This document shows, piece by piece, positions 19,883 through 28,779 of a DNA stretch of 64,000 nucleotides; positions within the stretch are counted from its first letter, which is position 1; each line of letters starts with the position of its first letter. The DNA is taken from NCBI GenBank assembly GCA_021296325.1, contig JAGWAR010000001.1, positions 151,159 through 215,158 on the forward strand, written 5' to 3'. This DNA comes from Alphaproteobacteria bacterium. GTDB lineage: Bacteria > Pseudomonadota > Alphaproteobacteria > GCA-2746255. The translations under genes and the position numbers were made by a program. The notes beneath the pieces were generated by a model, which was not told where the DNA came from, made no database searches, and saw only the letters and a list, made by a program, of their open reading frames with translations.

Positions 19883-20692
19883 TTAATCCTCGACCGGCTC
19901 GCCGATGGCGGGGCCATCGTCAAGCCCGGCCAGCACCTCGGCCACGTGGCGGACGCGAAGCTTCGAGCCGCGGTTCCGCAAGCTTCCCGCCAGATGCAGC
20001 AGGCAGCCGAGATCACCGCCGATAAGTTCGCCGGCGCCGGCTGCCTCCGCGGCGCCGGCCTTGTCGGTCGCCAGGCGTTCGGAAATTTCCGGAAACTTCA
20101 CGCAGAAGGTGCCGCCGAAGCCGCAACAGACGTCGCGCTCGTCAAGCTCGCGCAGGGTGAGGCCGGGCAATTCGCCAAGCAGGTCGCGGGGCGCCTCGCG
20201 GATGCCAAGCTCGCGCAGGCCGGCGCAGGAATCGTGATAGACGACGTCGCGCGCCTTGGCCTTGCCTGAGGTGCCCGGAAGGCAGGTAACGCCAAGCACG
20301 TCTTTTAGAAACGCCGTCAGCTCATGGACTTTTTCGCTGAACGCCTTGACCCGATCCGCCAGTTCCGGCGGATCGGCCAGAAGCGCCGGCGCGTGCAGGC
20401 GCAGGATAGCGGCGCAGGAGCCGGACGGGACGACGACGTAATCGACGTGCTCGAAGGTCTCCATCGTCTGGCGAACCAGGGCGGCGGCGTTCTTGCGGTC
20501 GCCGGAATTATAGGCGGGCTGCCCGCAGCAGGTCTGGCGGCGCGGCACGACGACTTCGCAGCCGGCGTCCTCGAGCAGGCGAACGGCGGCGAAGCCCACC
20601 TGCGGACGGATGAGATCGACGAGACAGGTGACGAAAAGGCCGACGCGAATCCTTGGCGATGACACCGGCAGGCCCCCGGATTGAGGAAACAA
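19883..20692 (-). CDS. lutA: Lactate utilization protein A (LutA/LldE, CCG domains)
   Basis: FVTCLVD, QTCCGQP, YHDSC and CCGFGGTF; start uncertain. Confidence 0.94.
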   Translation of the reverse strand: MFPQSGGLPVSSPRIRVGLFVTCLVDLIRPQVGFAAVRLLEDAGCEVVVPRRQTCCGQPAYNSGDRKNAAALVRQTMETFEHVDYVVVPSGSCAAILRLHAPALLADPPELADRVKAFSEKVHELTAFLKDVLGVTCLPGTSGKAKARDVVYHDSCAGLRELGIREAPRDLLGELPGLTLRELDERDVCCGFGGTFCVKFPEISERLATDKAGAAEAAGAGELIGGDLGCLLHLAGSLRNRGSKLRVRHVAEVLAGLDDGPAIGEPVED

Positions 20693-20724
20693 AACTTCCG
20701 CCGAAAGAGAGCGTTACGCCGGTC

Positions 20725-20754
20725 AGCATGGGGGGAAGGGGGTGTAAAAGCAAG
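20725..20754 (-). promoter_or_regulatory. Putative promoter of lutABC
   Basis: Minus strand TTGCTT-N17-CATGCT; also reads as CTTGCT-N15-CCCCAT (RpoH-like). Confidence 0.45.
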
Positions 20755-20780
20755 AATGGGCAGGCGTTGCTTGTCCCGCC

Positions 20781-21896
20781 CTATTCGGCCTTCGGCAGCA
20801 GCAGGTAATAGGTGCCGGTTGTCTTCATGGAACCCGCCTTGCGTTCGGCTTCTTCTCCGTAGCCCCAGAAGAAGTCGCCGCGCACGGCGCCCTTGATGGC
20901 GCCGCCCGTGTCCTGGGCAACGACGAGGCGGCGTAGCGGCTGATCGCGATTCAGCGGCTCGACCGTGTCAAGCCAGACCGGCGCGCCAAGCGGAAGAAAG
21001 GCGCGGTCGACCGCGAGGCTGCGTCCGGGTGTCAGCGGCGCGCCAAGCGACCCGATGGGCCCCTCGCCCTGGCGTTGCCGAAAGAAGACAAAGGAAGGAT
21101 TGATGGAAAACAGTTCCTGCATTCTTTCAGGATGCGCCGCAAGCCAGGTGCGAAGCGCGGGCATCGAAGCGTTGTCTTTCGAAATTTCGCCGCGCGCGAT
21201 CAGCTCGCGCCCGATGGATCGGTAGTCGTGGCCGTTCTTGCCGGCGTAGTTGAGGTGAAGGACGCTGCCGTCTTTCATTTCAACCCGGCCCGAGCCCTGG
21301 ATGTGAAGAAAGAAAAGATCGACCGGGTCGTCGACCCACAGGATCTCGAGTCCTTGCCCGGAAAGGGCGCCGGCCTCGATTTCGGCGCGCGTCACGTAAG
21401 GTTTCAGGGCGCCGGCCTCGACCCGGCCGGCGATCACCTCCCCGCGCCATTCCTCGCGGAAGCGGCCCAGATCCACCATGACGAGATCGGCCGGCCGGCC
21501 ATAGACGGGAACGCGGTAGCGGGCGTCCCGCTCCCAGGCGCCGCGCAGGGAAGCTTCGTAATAGCCGGTGAACAAGCCTTCCGCCTTGCCGTCACCCAGC
21601 ACGCGATGGGGCGTGAAACGGTTTTCAAAGAAGGCGCGCGCGGCCTTGGCATCTTGCGGGTTGATGGCTTCCGCCGCCTTGCAGACGCCGCCCCACGCTT
21701 TTGCCGTTTCGGCGCGCGCGACGAGGTGGCCGCAGCCCTTGCGGAAGGCGGCCAGTCCTTCTTCGAGACGGTCTTCCGTCCAGCCCGGCAGCGAATCGAA
21801 GCCGACCGGTTCCAGGCGGAACGGCACCGGCGGTTCGGCCTCGCAGGCGGCAAGCAGAAACAGAACGAGAAAGGGAAGCGAGCGAAACGCGCGCAT
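20781..21896 (-). CDS. mltA: Membrane-bound lytic murein transglycosylase A
   Basis: Lipobox LAAC; TGYYE, IQGSG, AVD and QDTGGAIKGAVRGDFFWG (3D domain). Confidence 0.95.
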   Translation of the reverse strand: MRAFRSLPFLVLFLLAACEAEPPVPFRLEPVGFDSLPGWTEDRLEEGLAAFRKGCGHLVARAETAKAWGGVCKAAEAINPQDAKAARAFFENRFTPHRVLGDGKAEGLFTGYYEASLRGAWERDARYRVPVYGRPADLVMVDLGRFREEWRGEVIAGRVEAGALKPYVTRAEIEAGALSGQGLEILWVDDPVDLFFLHIQGSGRVEMKDGSVLHLNYAGKNGHDYRSIGRELIARGEISKDNASMPALRTWLAAHPERMQELFSINPSFVFFRQRQGEGPIGSLGAPLTPGRSLAVDRAFLPLGAPVWLDTVEPLNRDQPLRRLVVAQDTGGAIKGAVRGDFFWGYGEEAERKAGSMKTTGTYYLLLPKAE

Positions 21897-21901
21897 GCCT
21901 T

Positions 21902-22597
21902 TTAGGCCGGTCCGTGAGTGGCGACCAATGTCCAGTTGGGATTACGTGAACGCAGATCGCGTTCAAACGTCCAGGTATCGGTTATCGAACGCACGGTGTT
22001 TGGATCGCCTTCGATGATGGCGCCGTCCTTGTTCCGCGTGAACTTGATCTGTTCGGAAAAAAAGCGCACGACGATCCGCCCGATGTTGCCCGCAAGGGTG
22101 GCATCGGACACTTCGGCGTCCGAGATTTTCGTGATCATCACCTCAAGCGTTTCTTCCTTGGCGGCGCGCGCATCGATGGCGGCGGCGAAACGCGAGAAGA
22201 CGTCCTTGCTAAGAAGCGCCCGCAGGGTTTTCTTGTCGCCCTTGGCAAAGGCACTGACCACGGTTTCGAAGGCGACGCGGGCGCCGGCCAGAAATTCTTC
22301 GATGCTGAAATTGCGATCCCTCTTCCGCATGGCGTCGAACGCCTCGGCAAAGGGGGATTGGGCCGCGGCGGCGGGCCGGGCCGGCGTTTCGCTTTCCGGG
22401 CCCCGGCCCGGCAGGTGAACCACCTTGTCCTCCCGTTTGGTGGGGGCGGCGGCGTCTTCCCGGTCGCGCAGCGTCCAGAACGAGGATGAGGACGGCGGAC
22501 GGCGGTCGAGCCCGCTTCGCCGGCCAAGCACGCTCCACAGCCGGAAAACCAGAAAAGCCGCAATGGCGGCGAAGAAGATGATGTCGAAAAACTGCAA
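21902..22597 (-). CDS. Tim44/TimA family inner-membrane protein
   Basis: N-terminal TM (DIIFFAAIAAFLVFRLWSVLGRRSG), FLAGARVAFE, DTWTFER..NPNWTL; TTG start inferred. Confidence 0.88.
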   Translation of the reverse strand: MQFFDIIFFAAIAAFLVFRLWSVLGRRSGLDRRPPSSSSFWTLRDREDAAAPTKREDKVVHLPGRGPESETPARPAAAAQSPFAEAFDAMRKRDRNFSIEEFLAGARVAFETVVSAFAKGDKKTLRALLSKDVFSRFAAAIDARAAKEETLEVMITKISDAEVSDATLAGNIGRIVVRFFSEQIKFTRNKDGAIIEGDPNTVRSITDTWTFERDLRSRNPNWTLVATHGPA

Positions 22598-22767
22598 ATT
22601 TTGAGCCTTTCCTGAACTTGCGGCGCGATCCGTGCCGAATCGCCCGAAGAAGGCCCGCCGGGCGCACACACCGGGCGGCCCCCCCGACAACCTGTACAGT
22701 ATATATAGGCGCTTCCTTACCGGCTTGTATATTCTTGTCAAAACTCTTCGCATGGGTATCGAAGCGA

Positions 22768-23259
22768 ATGATTCCATTCCTCTTTTTCCTCCTGCTCGCC
22801 ACGCCGCTGATCGAGATCGCCGTTTTTATCGAGGTCGGTGGCTTCCTTGGCCTGTGGCCGACTCTGGGCGTCGTCCTGCTGACTGCGATGCTGGGAACCG
22901 CGCTGTTCCGGATCCAGGGCGTCGGCATCCTTCGCCAGGCCCAGGCAAACCTAGAGGCGAACCGCTTTCCGGCCCATGAGGTGTTCGAGGGGCTGTGCCT
23001 GCTGGTCGCCGGCGCGCTACTGATCACCCCTGGATTCGTCACGGATAGCCTTGGGTTTTTGCTGTTTTTCCCGCCTTTCCGCGCCCTTTTGCGGGGCGCG
23101 CTCCTGCGGCGGCTGGTGCGCGAGGGCCGGGTCGGCCCGCCACCCGAGGGGCCCGGCGGCGAGGGGCCGGTCATCGATGGCGTCTACCGGGAGATCCGGG
23201 AGGAGCCGGCGGACGAGGAGACGCGCGGCGATCGGCCCGATCGGGGGGCCGGCGGCTAG
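22768..23259 (+). CDS. fxsA: FxsA family membrane protein
   Basis: PLIEIAVFI..G and LLITPGFVTD motifs. Confidence 0.92.
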   Translation: MIPFLFFLLLATPLIEIAVFIEVGGFLGLWPTLGVVLLTAMLGTALFRIQGVGILRQAQANLEANRFPAHEVFEGLCLLVAGALLITPGFVTDSLGFLLFFPPFRALLRGALLRRLVREGRVGPPPEGPGGEGPVIDGVYREIREEPADEETRGDRPDRGAGG

Positions 23260-23325
23260 GGCCAAGCCAGTTGTCCATGGTGGCGATCCGTGTTAGCCAC
23301 ATGCCAACCTGACCGAAGGGAGGCC

Positions 23326-23829
23326 ATGATGAGTGACAACGGATCAACGAATCCGACCGACGCGCCCGCTTCCGGTGGCGCCGCCAATCAGCAGGGCGCG
23401 CCGCTGGCCATTCGCGGCCAGTATATCCGGGACCTTTCCTTCGAAATTCCCAAGGCGCCGGAAAGCATTTCCGGCCTCACGCAGGCGCCGAACGTGGACA
23501 TCCAGATCGAGGTGGGCGTGCGCGACCTGCAGGCGGACACCTACGAGGTCACGCTTACCGTCCGTTGCGAGGCAAAGACGGAAGCCGAATCGATCTTCAT
23601 TCTCGAAATTGCCTATGCCGGCGTCTTTACGCTGACGGGCCTGCAGGCGGAACATCTGAAGCCGGCCCTTTACATCGAATGTCCGCGCTACCTTTTTCCT
23701 TTTGCGCGCAGCATCGTCGCCACCCTTACCCAGGAAAGCAGCCTGCCTCCGATGTTGATCAACCCGATCGACTTCGCCGCCCTTTACCGGGCGCGCTATC
23801 AGGAGGCGCAGCAGGGCGCCGCTTCTTAA
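23326..23829 (+). CDS. secB: Protein export chaperone SecB
   Basis: QYIRDLSFE, CPRYLFPFAR and PIDFAALY; GGAGG RBS before ATG 23326. Confidence 0.96.
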   Translation: MMSDNGSTNPTDAPASGGAANQQGAPLAIRGQYIRDLSFEIPKAPESISGLTQAPNVDIQIEVGVRDLQADTYEVTLTVRCEAKTEAESIFILEIAYAGVFTLTGLQAEHLKPALYIECPRYLFPFARSIVATLTQESSLPPMLINPIDFAALYRARYQEAQQGAAS

Positions 23830-23842
23830 GACCCCTTTCCGT

Positions 23843-24517
23843 TCAGGATTCCCAGACCGGGTCCTTCAGCCGGGCCAGAAACGCCGCATGAGCGGCGAGT
23901 TCCGCTTCCGTCGGCGCATGGGGCCTGGCCTCGCGTTGGGGCTTGACCGTCGTCGCCACCCGGGCAGCGGCCTTCGTCCCGGCCGATGTCAGGGTCAGCC
24001 CCGGTTCCCGCCCGCCGAGAAGCTCGAGATAAACTTCGGCCAGAAGTTCGCTGTCTAGAAGGGCGCCGTGTTTCTCGCGTCCGGAATTGTCGATGCCAAA
24101 CCGCTTGCAAAGCGCATCCAGGCTTGCCGGGGCGCCCGGAAACTTTTTACGCGCCAGCATCAGCGTATCGATGCAACGCTCCGATTCGAGGGCGGCGAAT
24201 CCCAGCCGCTTCAGCTCGGCGTTCAGGAACGCAAGGTCGAACTCGGCGTTGTGAATGACCAGCGGCGCATCCCCGATAAAGGCCAGAAATTCCTCGACAA
24301 AATCGGCAAAGACCGGGTGGTCGCTCAGAAAATCCAGGGTCAGCCCGTGAACCCGGACCACTTCTTCCGGAATGTCCCGTTCGGGATTCACGTAGCGGTG
24401 AAACCGTTCGCCGCTCGGGATATGGTTGATCAGTTCGAGACAGCCGACCTCGACGATGCGATGGCCGTCCGATGGACTCAGGCCCGTTGTTTCCGTATCC
24501 AGCACAACTTGGCGCAT
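23843..24517 (-). CDS. dnaQ: DNA polymerase III epsilon subunit
   Basis: VLDTETTG, HNAEFD and HGALLDS exonuclease motifs; start ATG 24517. Confidence 0.96.
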   Translation of the reverse strand: MRQVVLDTETTGLSPSDGHRIVEVGCLELINHIPSGERFHRYVNPERDIPEEVVRVHGLTLDFLSDHPVFADFVEEFLAFIGDAPLVIHNAEFDLAFLNAELKRLGFAALESERCIDTLMLARKKFPGAPASLDALCKRFGIDNSGREKHGALLDSELLAEVYLELLGGREPGLTLTSAGTKAAARVATTVKPQREARPHAPTEAELAAHAAFLARLKDPVWES

Positions 24518-24525
24518 GATGTGTC

Positions 24526-25146
24526 CTAGCTTGTCCGGCGGTTTTTGCGCCTGCGAATCAGTCTGACAATTTCCCGAAGTGCGTTCAACGTATGATGACG
24601 CCCCATGCCCGTTGGCACGATAAAGTCGGCGCGTTTGCGTTTCTCGGCGTCGGGCGTCTGCTTGGCGAGAACGGCCTGCAGGCGGGCCGGCGTCATGCCG
24701 GGGCGGCGCAGCACGCGGGCTTGCTGAACGAAGGGCGGCGCCGTCACGACGATGGTGAAATCGCAACGCCGTTCGGCATCGTTTTCGAACAGCAGCGGAA
24801 TTTCCAGCACGACGAGATCGGCGCGCCTCAAGCCGGCGTTGCGGAGAAAGCGTTTTTCCGCCGTACGCACGAGGGGGTGGACGATTTCCTCAAGCCGGTG
24901 CAGGCTTTTCGGATCCGTGAAGACGCATTCGGCCATGGCGTCACGGTCGAGCGCGCCGTTTTTCACGAGGCCGGGAAACGCCCTGGCGATCGCTGGCAGC
25001 GCCGCGCCGTCCGGGCGTTGCAGCGCATGAACGACGGCGTCCGCGTCGAAAACGGGAAGGCCAAGGCGGCGCAGCATGTTGGCGGCGGTCGTTTTGCCCA
25101 TGCCGATTGAGCCGGTCAGCCCGACGATGGCCATGCCTTGATTCAT
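24526..25146 (-). CDS. coaE: Dephospho-CoA kinase
   Basis: GLTGSIGMGKTT P-loop, LEEIVHPLV, EIPLLFE. Confidence 0.95.
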   Translation of the reverse strand: MNQGMAIVGLTGSIGMGKTTAANMLRRLGLPVFDADAVVHALQRPDGAALPAIARAFPGLVKNGALDRDAMAECVFTDPKSLHRLEEIVHPLVRTAEKRFLRNAGLRRADLVVLEIPLLFENDAERRCDFTIVVTAPPFVQQARVLRRPGMTPARLQAVLAKQTPDAEKRKRADFIVPTGMGRHHTLNALREIVRLIRRRKNRRTS

Positions 25147-25997
25147 CCGCCCCCACCCCCGCCCACATGGGCGCGGAGTTCCGGAGTCACCTCGGGGTCG
25201 ATGCCGCCCTGCCCGAACCAGGCCCGAAAGCCGGGTCGGGCCTGATGCAGCAGCATGCCGAGGCCGTCCACGGTCGGGTTGCCGCGCGCCTTCGCGGCTT
25301 TCAGAAGCGCCGTTTCCAGCGGCGCGTAGACGAGATCGGTGACGACCGCCTCCTTCGGCAATGGTCCAAGGTCGAGGTCGAGGGGCGTGCCACCCTCCAT
25401 GCCGAGGGTCGTCGCGTTGACCAGCAAACGGGCCCCGGCAAGGGCCGCCTGGCGCGCCTTCCAGGGATAGGCCTCGATGGCGCCACCAAGCGCTTCGACC
25501 AGGGCGGCGGCCCGCGCCTCCGTCCGGTTGACGAGGCGGACCTCCGCGCCCTGATCGCGCAGGGCCGCCACGACCGCCCGCGCCGCGCCGCCTGCGCCGA
25601 GGACGACGGTCGGCCCCGATTCTGCCTTCCAGCCCGGCGCGCCCTCGCGCAGATTCTCCATGAAGCCGAAGCCGTCCGTATTGGTACCGGCAAGCCTGCC
25701 ATCGGCCAGAACCGTCACCGTGTTCACCGCGCCAAGCCGCCTGGCAAGCGCATCCGTCTCATCCAGGACATCAAGGGCCGCCTCCTTATGGGGCGTCGTC
25801 AGATTGACCCCGGCGAATCCCAGAAGCGGCAGTGCACGCAGAGCACTTTCCAGATGTTCCGGGCGCACCGGCAGGGGCACGTAGGCCCCGTCGATCCCGT
25901 AGCGCTCGAGCCAATAGCCGTGCAGCAGCGGCGAGCGGGAATGGGCGACCGGCCAGCCCATGACGCCGGCGATCTGTGCTTGTCCGGTAACGCTCAT
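25143..25997 (-). CDS. aroE: Shikimate dehydrogenase
   Basis: HSRSP, NLTTPHK, NTDGFG, GAGGAARA and GLGMLLHQA. Confidence 0.96.
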   Translation of the reverse strand: MSVTGQAQIAGVMGWPVAHSRSPLLHGYWLERYGIDGAYVPLPVRPEHLESALRALPLLGFAGVNLTTPHKEAALDVLDETDALARRLGAVNTVTVLADGRLAGTNTDGFGFMENLREGAPGWKAESGPTVVLGAGGAARAVVAALRDQGAEVRLVNRTEARAAALVEALGGAIEAYPWKARQAALAGARLLVNATTLGMEGGTPLDLDLGPLPKEAVVTDLVYAPLETALLKAAKARGNPTVDGLGMLLHQARPGFRAWFGQGGIDPEVTPELRAHVGGGGGG

Positions 25998-26623
25998 CGT
26001 TTCAGCACCTCGTGGGTCCGCAAAAAATCAAGCAACGGCAAAAGCGCGAGACCCAGAATAGCGAAATAATCGCCCTTCACCCGTGCAAAGAGTTGCGCGC
26101 CAAGCCCCTCCATCTGGTAGGCGCCGACCGATTTCAACGCCTCCTCGCCGACGGCGGCAAGGTAGGAGGATAGAAAATCCTCGCTGAAGTCGCGCATTTC
26201 AAGGGTTGCCCGGCCAACATGGTGCCAGAGCCTGGCCCCGTCCTTCACCACCATCACGCAGCCGACGAGATCGTGGGCCCGGCCGCGAAGCTGGCCAAGC
26301 TGGGCGCGAGCCTGGTCGAGATTTTCCGGCTTGTCGAATCGCCGCCCCTCGCATTCCAGCATCTGATCGGCGCCGATCACGAAGGCGTTCGGAAACCGGC
26401 GGGAGACCTGCTGCGCCTTGAGCAGCGCCAGGGCCTCCACCACCGCCTCGACGGGTTCGGCCTGCATGCTGAGTTTCACCTCCGCCTCGTCCACATGGGC
26501 CGGCGCCGCTTCGAAGGGAACGCCGGCGGCGCGCAACAGGCGGGCGCGAACTTCGCTTGCCGAGGCAAGCACGATGCGTTTTTCCGAATCAGGCATGGCG
26601 GTCGGGCTTTCGCCGTTCGGCAT
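25994..26623 (-). CDS. maf: Maf family nucleotide pyrophosphatase
   Basis: LASASEVR, IGADQ, KP, GAYQMEG and ILGL; start may be ATG ~26596. Confidence 0.92.
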   Translation of the reverse strand: MPNGESPTAMPDSEKRIVLASASEVRARLLRAAGVPFEAAPAHVDEAEVKLSMQAEPVEAVVEALALLKAQQVSRRFPNAFVIGADQMLECEGRRFDKPENLDQARAQLGQLRGRAHDLVGCVMVVKDGARLWHHVGRATLEMRDFSEDFLSSYLAAVGEEALKSVGAYQMEGLGAQLFARVKGDYFAILGLALLPLLDFLRTHEVLKR

Positions 26624-27416
26624 AGAGTTGCAGGATGGCCGAGGCCGTTTCCTCGACGGACCGCCGCGTGACGTCGATGACGGGCCAGTCGCGTTCGGTA
26701 AAGAGGCGGCGAGCGTCCAGCATTTCTTCCCGCACCTTTTCGAAATCCGCGTAGTCGTCCATGGCGCCGGCCTGGGGCATGCGCAGCTGGCGCGCCTCGA
26801 CCAGGCGGGCCGGGTCCATCGTCAGCCCCACCACCAGCGGCTTTGTCGTGCGATCGACCGCGTTCAGCAGAGGCGAACCCGGAATGATCGGCACGTTCGC
26901 CGCCCGGATGCCCCGATTGGCAAGGTAGACGCAGGTCGGCGTTTTCGACGTGCGCGACACGCCGACAAGCACGACGTCGGCGTTGTTCAAGTCCCGCACG
27001 TGCTGACCGTCGTCGTGAAGCAGCGCGAAATTCATGGCGTCGATCCGCCGGTAGTATTCCTCGTCAAGCGCATGCTGCCGGCCGGGCTGATCCTTGCTTT
27101 CCACTCCGAAATACCCCCGCAGCGCCCCCATGACCGGGTCCAGCGCGGGGATGCAGGGAATCTTCAGCCGCGCGCACCCTTCCTCGAGCGCCTCGCGAAG
27201 GGAAGAGTTCACCAGCGTGAAAAGAACAATGCCGCGGTCTTTCTCAACGGCATCGAGGATGCGTTGAATCTGCGAAGGCGTTCGAACCAGAAACCAGGCG
27301 TGCTCTTCAATAGCAACGTCCTCGAACTGGACGAGGCAGGCGCGTACCATGCTGCTGATCGTCTCGCCCGTTGCATCAGACACAAGATGAAGGTGGAAAC
27401 TGTTTACCGAAACCAT
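26589..27416 (-). CDS. ppsR: Pyruvate/PEP synthase regulatory kinase/pyrophosphorylase (PDRP, DUF299)
   Basis: VSDATGET, HDDG, GVSRTSKTP and DVTRRSVEE; start uncertain. Confidence 0.92.
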   Translation of the reverse strand: MVSVNSFHLHLVSDATGETISSMVRACLVQFEDVAIEEHAWFLVRTPSQIQRILDAVEKDRGIVLFTLVNSSLREALEEGCARLKIPCIPALDPVMGALRGYFGVESKDQPGRQHALDEEYYRRIDAMNFALLHDDGQHVRDLNNADVVLVGVSRTSKTPTCVYLANRGIRAANVPIIPGSPLLNAVDRTTKPLVVGLTMDPARLVEARQLRMPQAGAMDDYADFEKVREEMLDARRLFTERDWPVIDVTRRSVEETASAILQLYAERRKPDRHA

Positions 27417-27429
27417 GTGGAGCGTATCG

Positions 27430-27723
27430 TATGAAATGTGAACATCTGCCGTCTTTTGCACACCGACCCGAATTCATCCCGGTCTTGCATTTTTCCTTAT
27501 AGGCCTTTTCAACACCGGGATAACGTTATCCACAACTGTTCGAAACGTCGGTCAAAGAAATTGACGCCAAAGAATACGCCAACCCCACCCTGTTTTCCTA
27601 CGCAACCGCCTGTGGGAGACCCGTGCAAGAACCGGTAATCCCACTTATTTCAACCACCAACCACCACTACTACCTTCTTTTAAGATTCCTATAGAAAGAA
27701 GGAGGAAGTACCCTTGAACTATC
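27430..27723. other. Chromosomal replication origin (oriC)
   Basis: AT-richer gap between divergent ppsR and hemE; DnaA boxes TTATCCACA (27526-27534) and TTTTGCACA (27454-27462) plus degenerate boxes; hemE-adjacent origin is known in Caulobacter and rhizobia. Confidence 0.8.
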
Positions 27724-28779
27724 GTGGACAACACCCCAGACACATCGAAATCCGTAAAGCCGCTGCTTCGGGCCCTGCGCGGAGAGGTTAGCATGCCGCC
27801 ACCCGTCTGGCTCATGCGGCAGGCCGGCCGCTATCTGCCGGAATACCGGGAAATCCGCAGCCATGCTGGAACCTTTCTGGACCTTTGTTACGCGCCGGAT
27901 CTTGCCATTGAGGCGACGCTGCAACCGGTCCGGCGGTTTTCCCTGGATGCGGCCATCGTCTTTTCGGACATTCTTCTGGTGCCTCATGCGCTTGGCCAAG
28001 AAGTCAGTTTTTCCGAAGGCAAGGGGCCGAAACTTGCGGCCTTGAAGCAAAGCGGAGATCTGAAAGGGCTTGTGCTGGAGGATGTGGCGACCAAGCTCCG
28101 GCCGGTCTACGAAGCAATCAAGCAGCTTCACCGAGAGCTTGCCCCGGAGATCGCCTTGATCGGCTTTGCCGGCGCTCCCTGGACGCTGGCGGCCTACATG
28201 ATCGAGGGAAAGACCAGCCGGCATTTTTCAAAAGCGCAGAACTGGGCAAAGGCAGAACCACAATCCTTTTCCAAACTCATCGACGTTCTGGTCGAGGCCG
28301 TTTCCGGGCATCTTATCCGTCAGGTTGAGGCCGGTGCCGACGTCGTCCAGATTTTCGACAGCTGGGCCGGCGTGCTTTCGCCGGAAGCGTTCGAGCGCTG
28401 GGTGGTGCAACCGACCCGGGCGATCGTCGGCAAGGTCAAGGAAGCCGTTCCGGGAACCCCGGTGATCGGCTTTCCGCGCGGCGTCGATGTGCTTTACAAA
28501 GACTACGCCGAGGCGAGCGGGGTGGACGGCGTCAGCATCGATACGCAGGTTTCGCCAGCATGGGCGGCGGCCGAGCTTCAAGACAAGGTTTGCGTTCAGG
28601 GCAATCTGGACCCGGAAGCGCTGGTCGAAGGGGGCAAGCGCATGCGCGATGCAACGGCGCAAATTCTTGAGGCCTTGGGATCCGGCCCCTTCGTCTTCAA
28701 TCTGGGCCATGGCGTGGTTCCGCAAACCCCGCCCGAGCACGTGTCGGAACTTTTGGAAACCATCCGGGGCGCCGTCTGA
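27724..28779 (+). CDS. hemE: Uroporphyrinogen decarboxylase
   Basis: WLMRQAGRYLPEY, FSDIL, QIFDSW, QGNLDP and NLGHG. Confidence 0.98.
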   Translation: MDNTPDTSKSVKPLLRALRGEVSMPPPVWLMRQAGRYLPEYREIRSHAGTFLDLCYAPDLAIEATLQPVRRFSLDAAIVFSDILLVPHALGQEVSFSEGKGPKLAALKQSGDLKGLVLEDVATKLRPVYEAIKQLHRELAPEIALIGFAGAPWTLAAYMIEGKTSRHFSKAQNWAKAEPQSFSKLIDVLVEAVSGHLIRQVEAGADVVQIFDSWAGVLSPEAFERWVVQPTRAIVGKVKEAVPGTPVIGFPRGVDVLYKDYAEASGVDGVSIDTQVSPAWAAAELQDKVCVQGNLDPEALVEGGKRMRDATAQILEALGSGPFVFNLGHGVVPQTPPEHVSELLETIRGAV

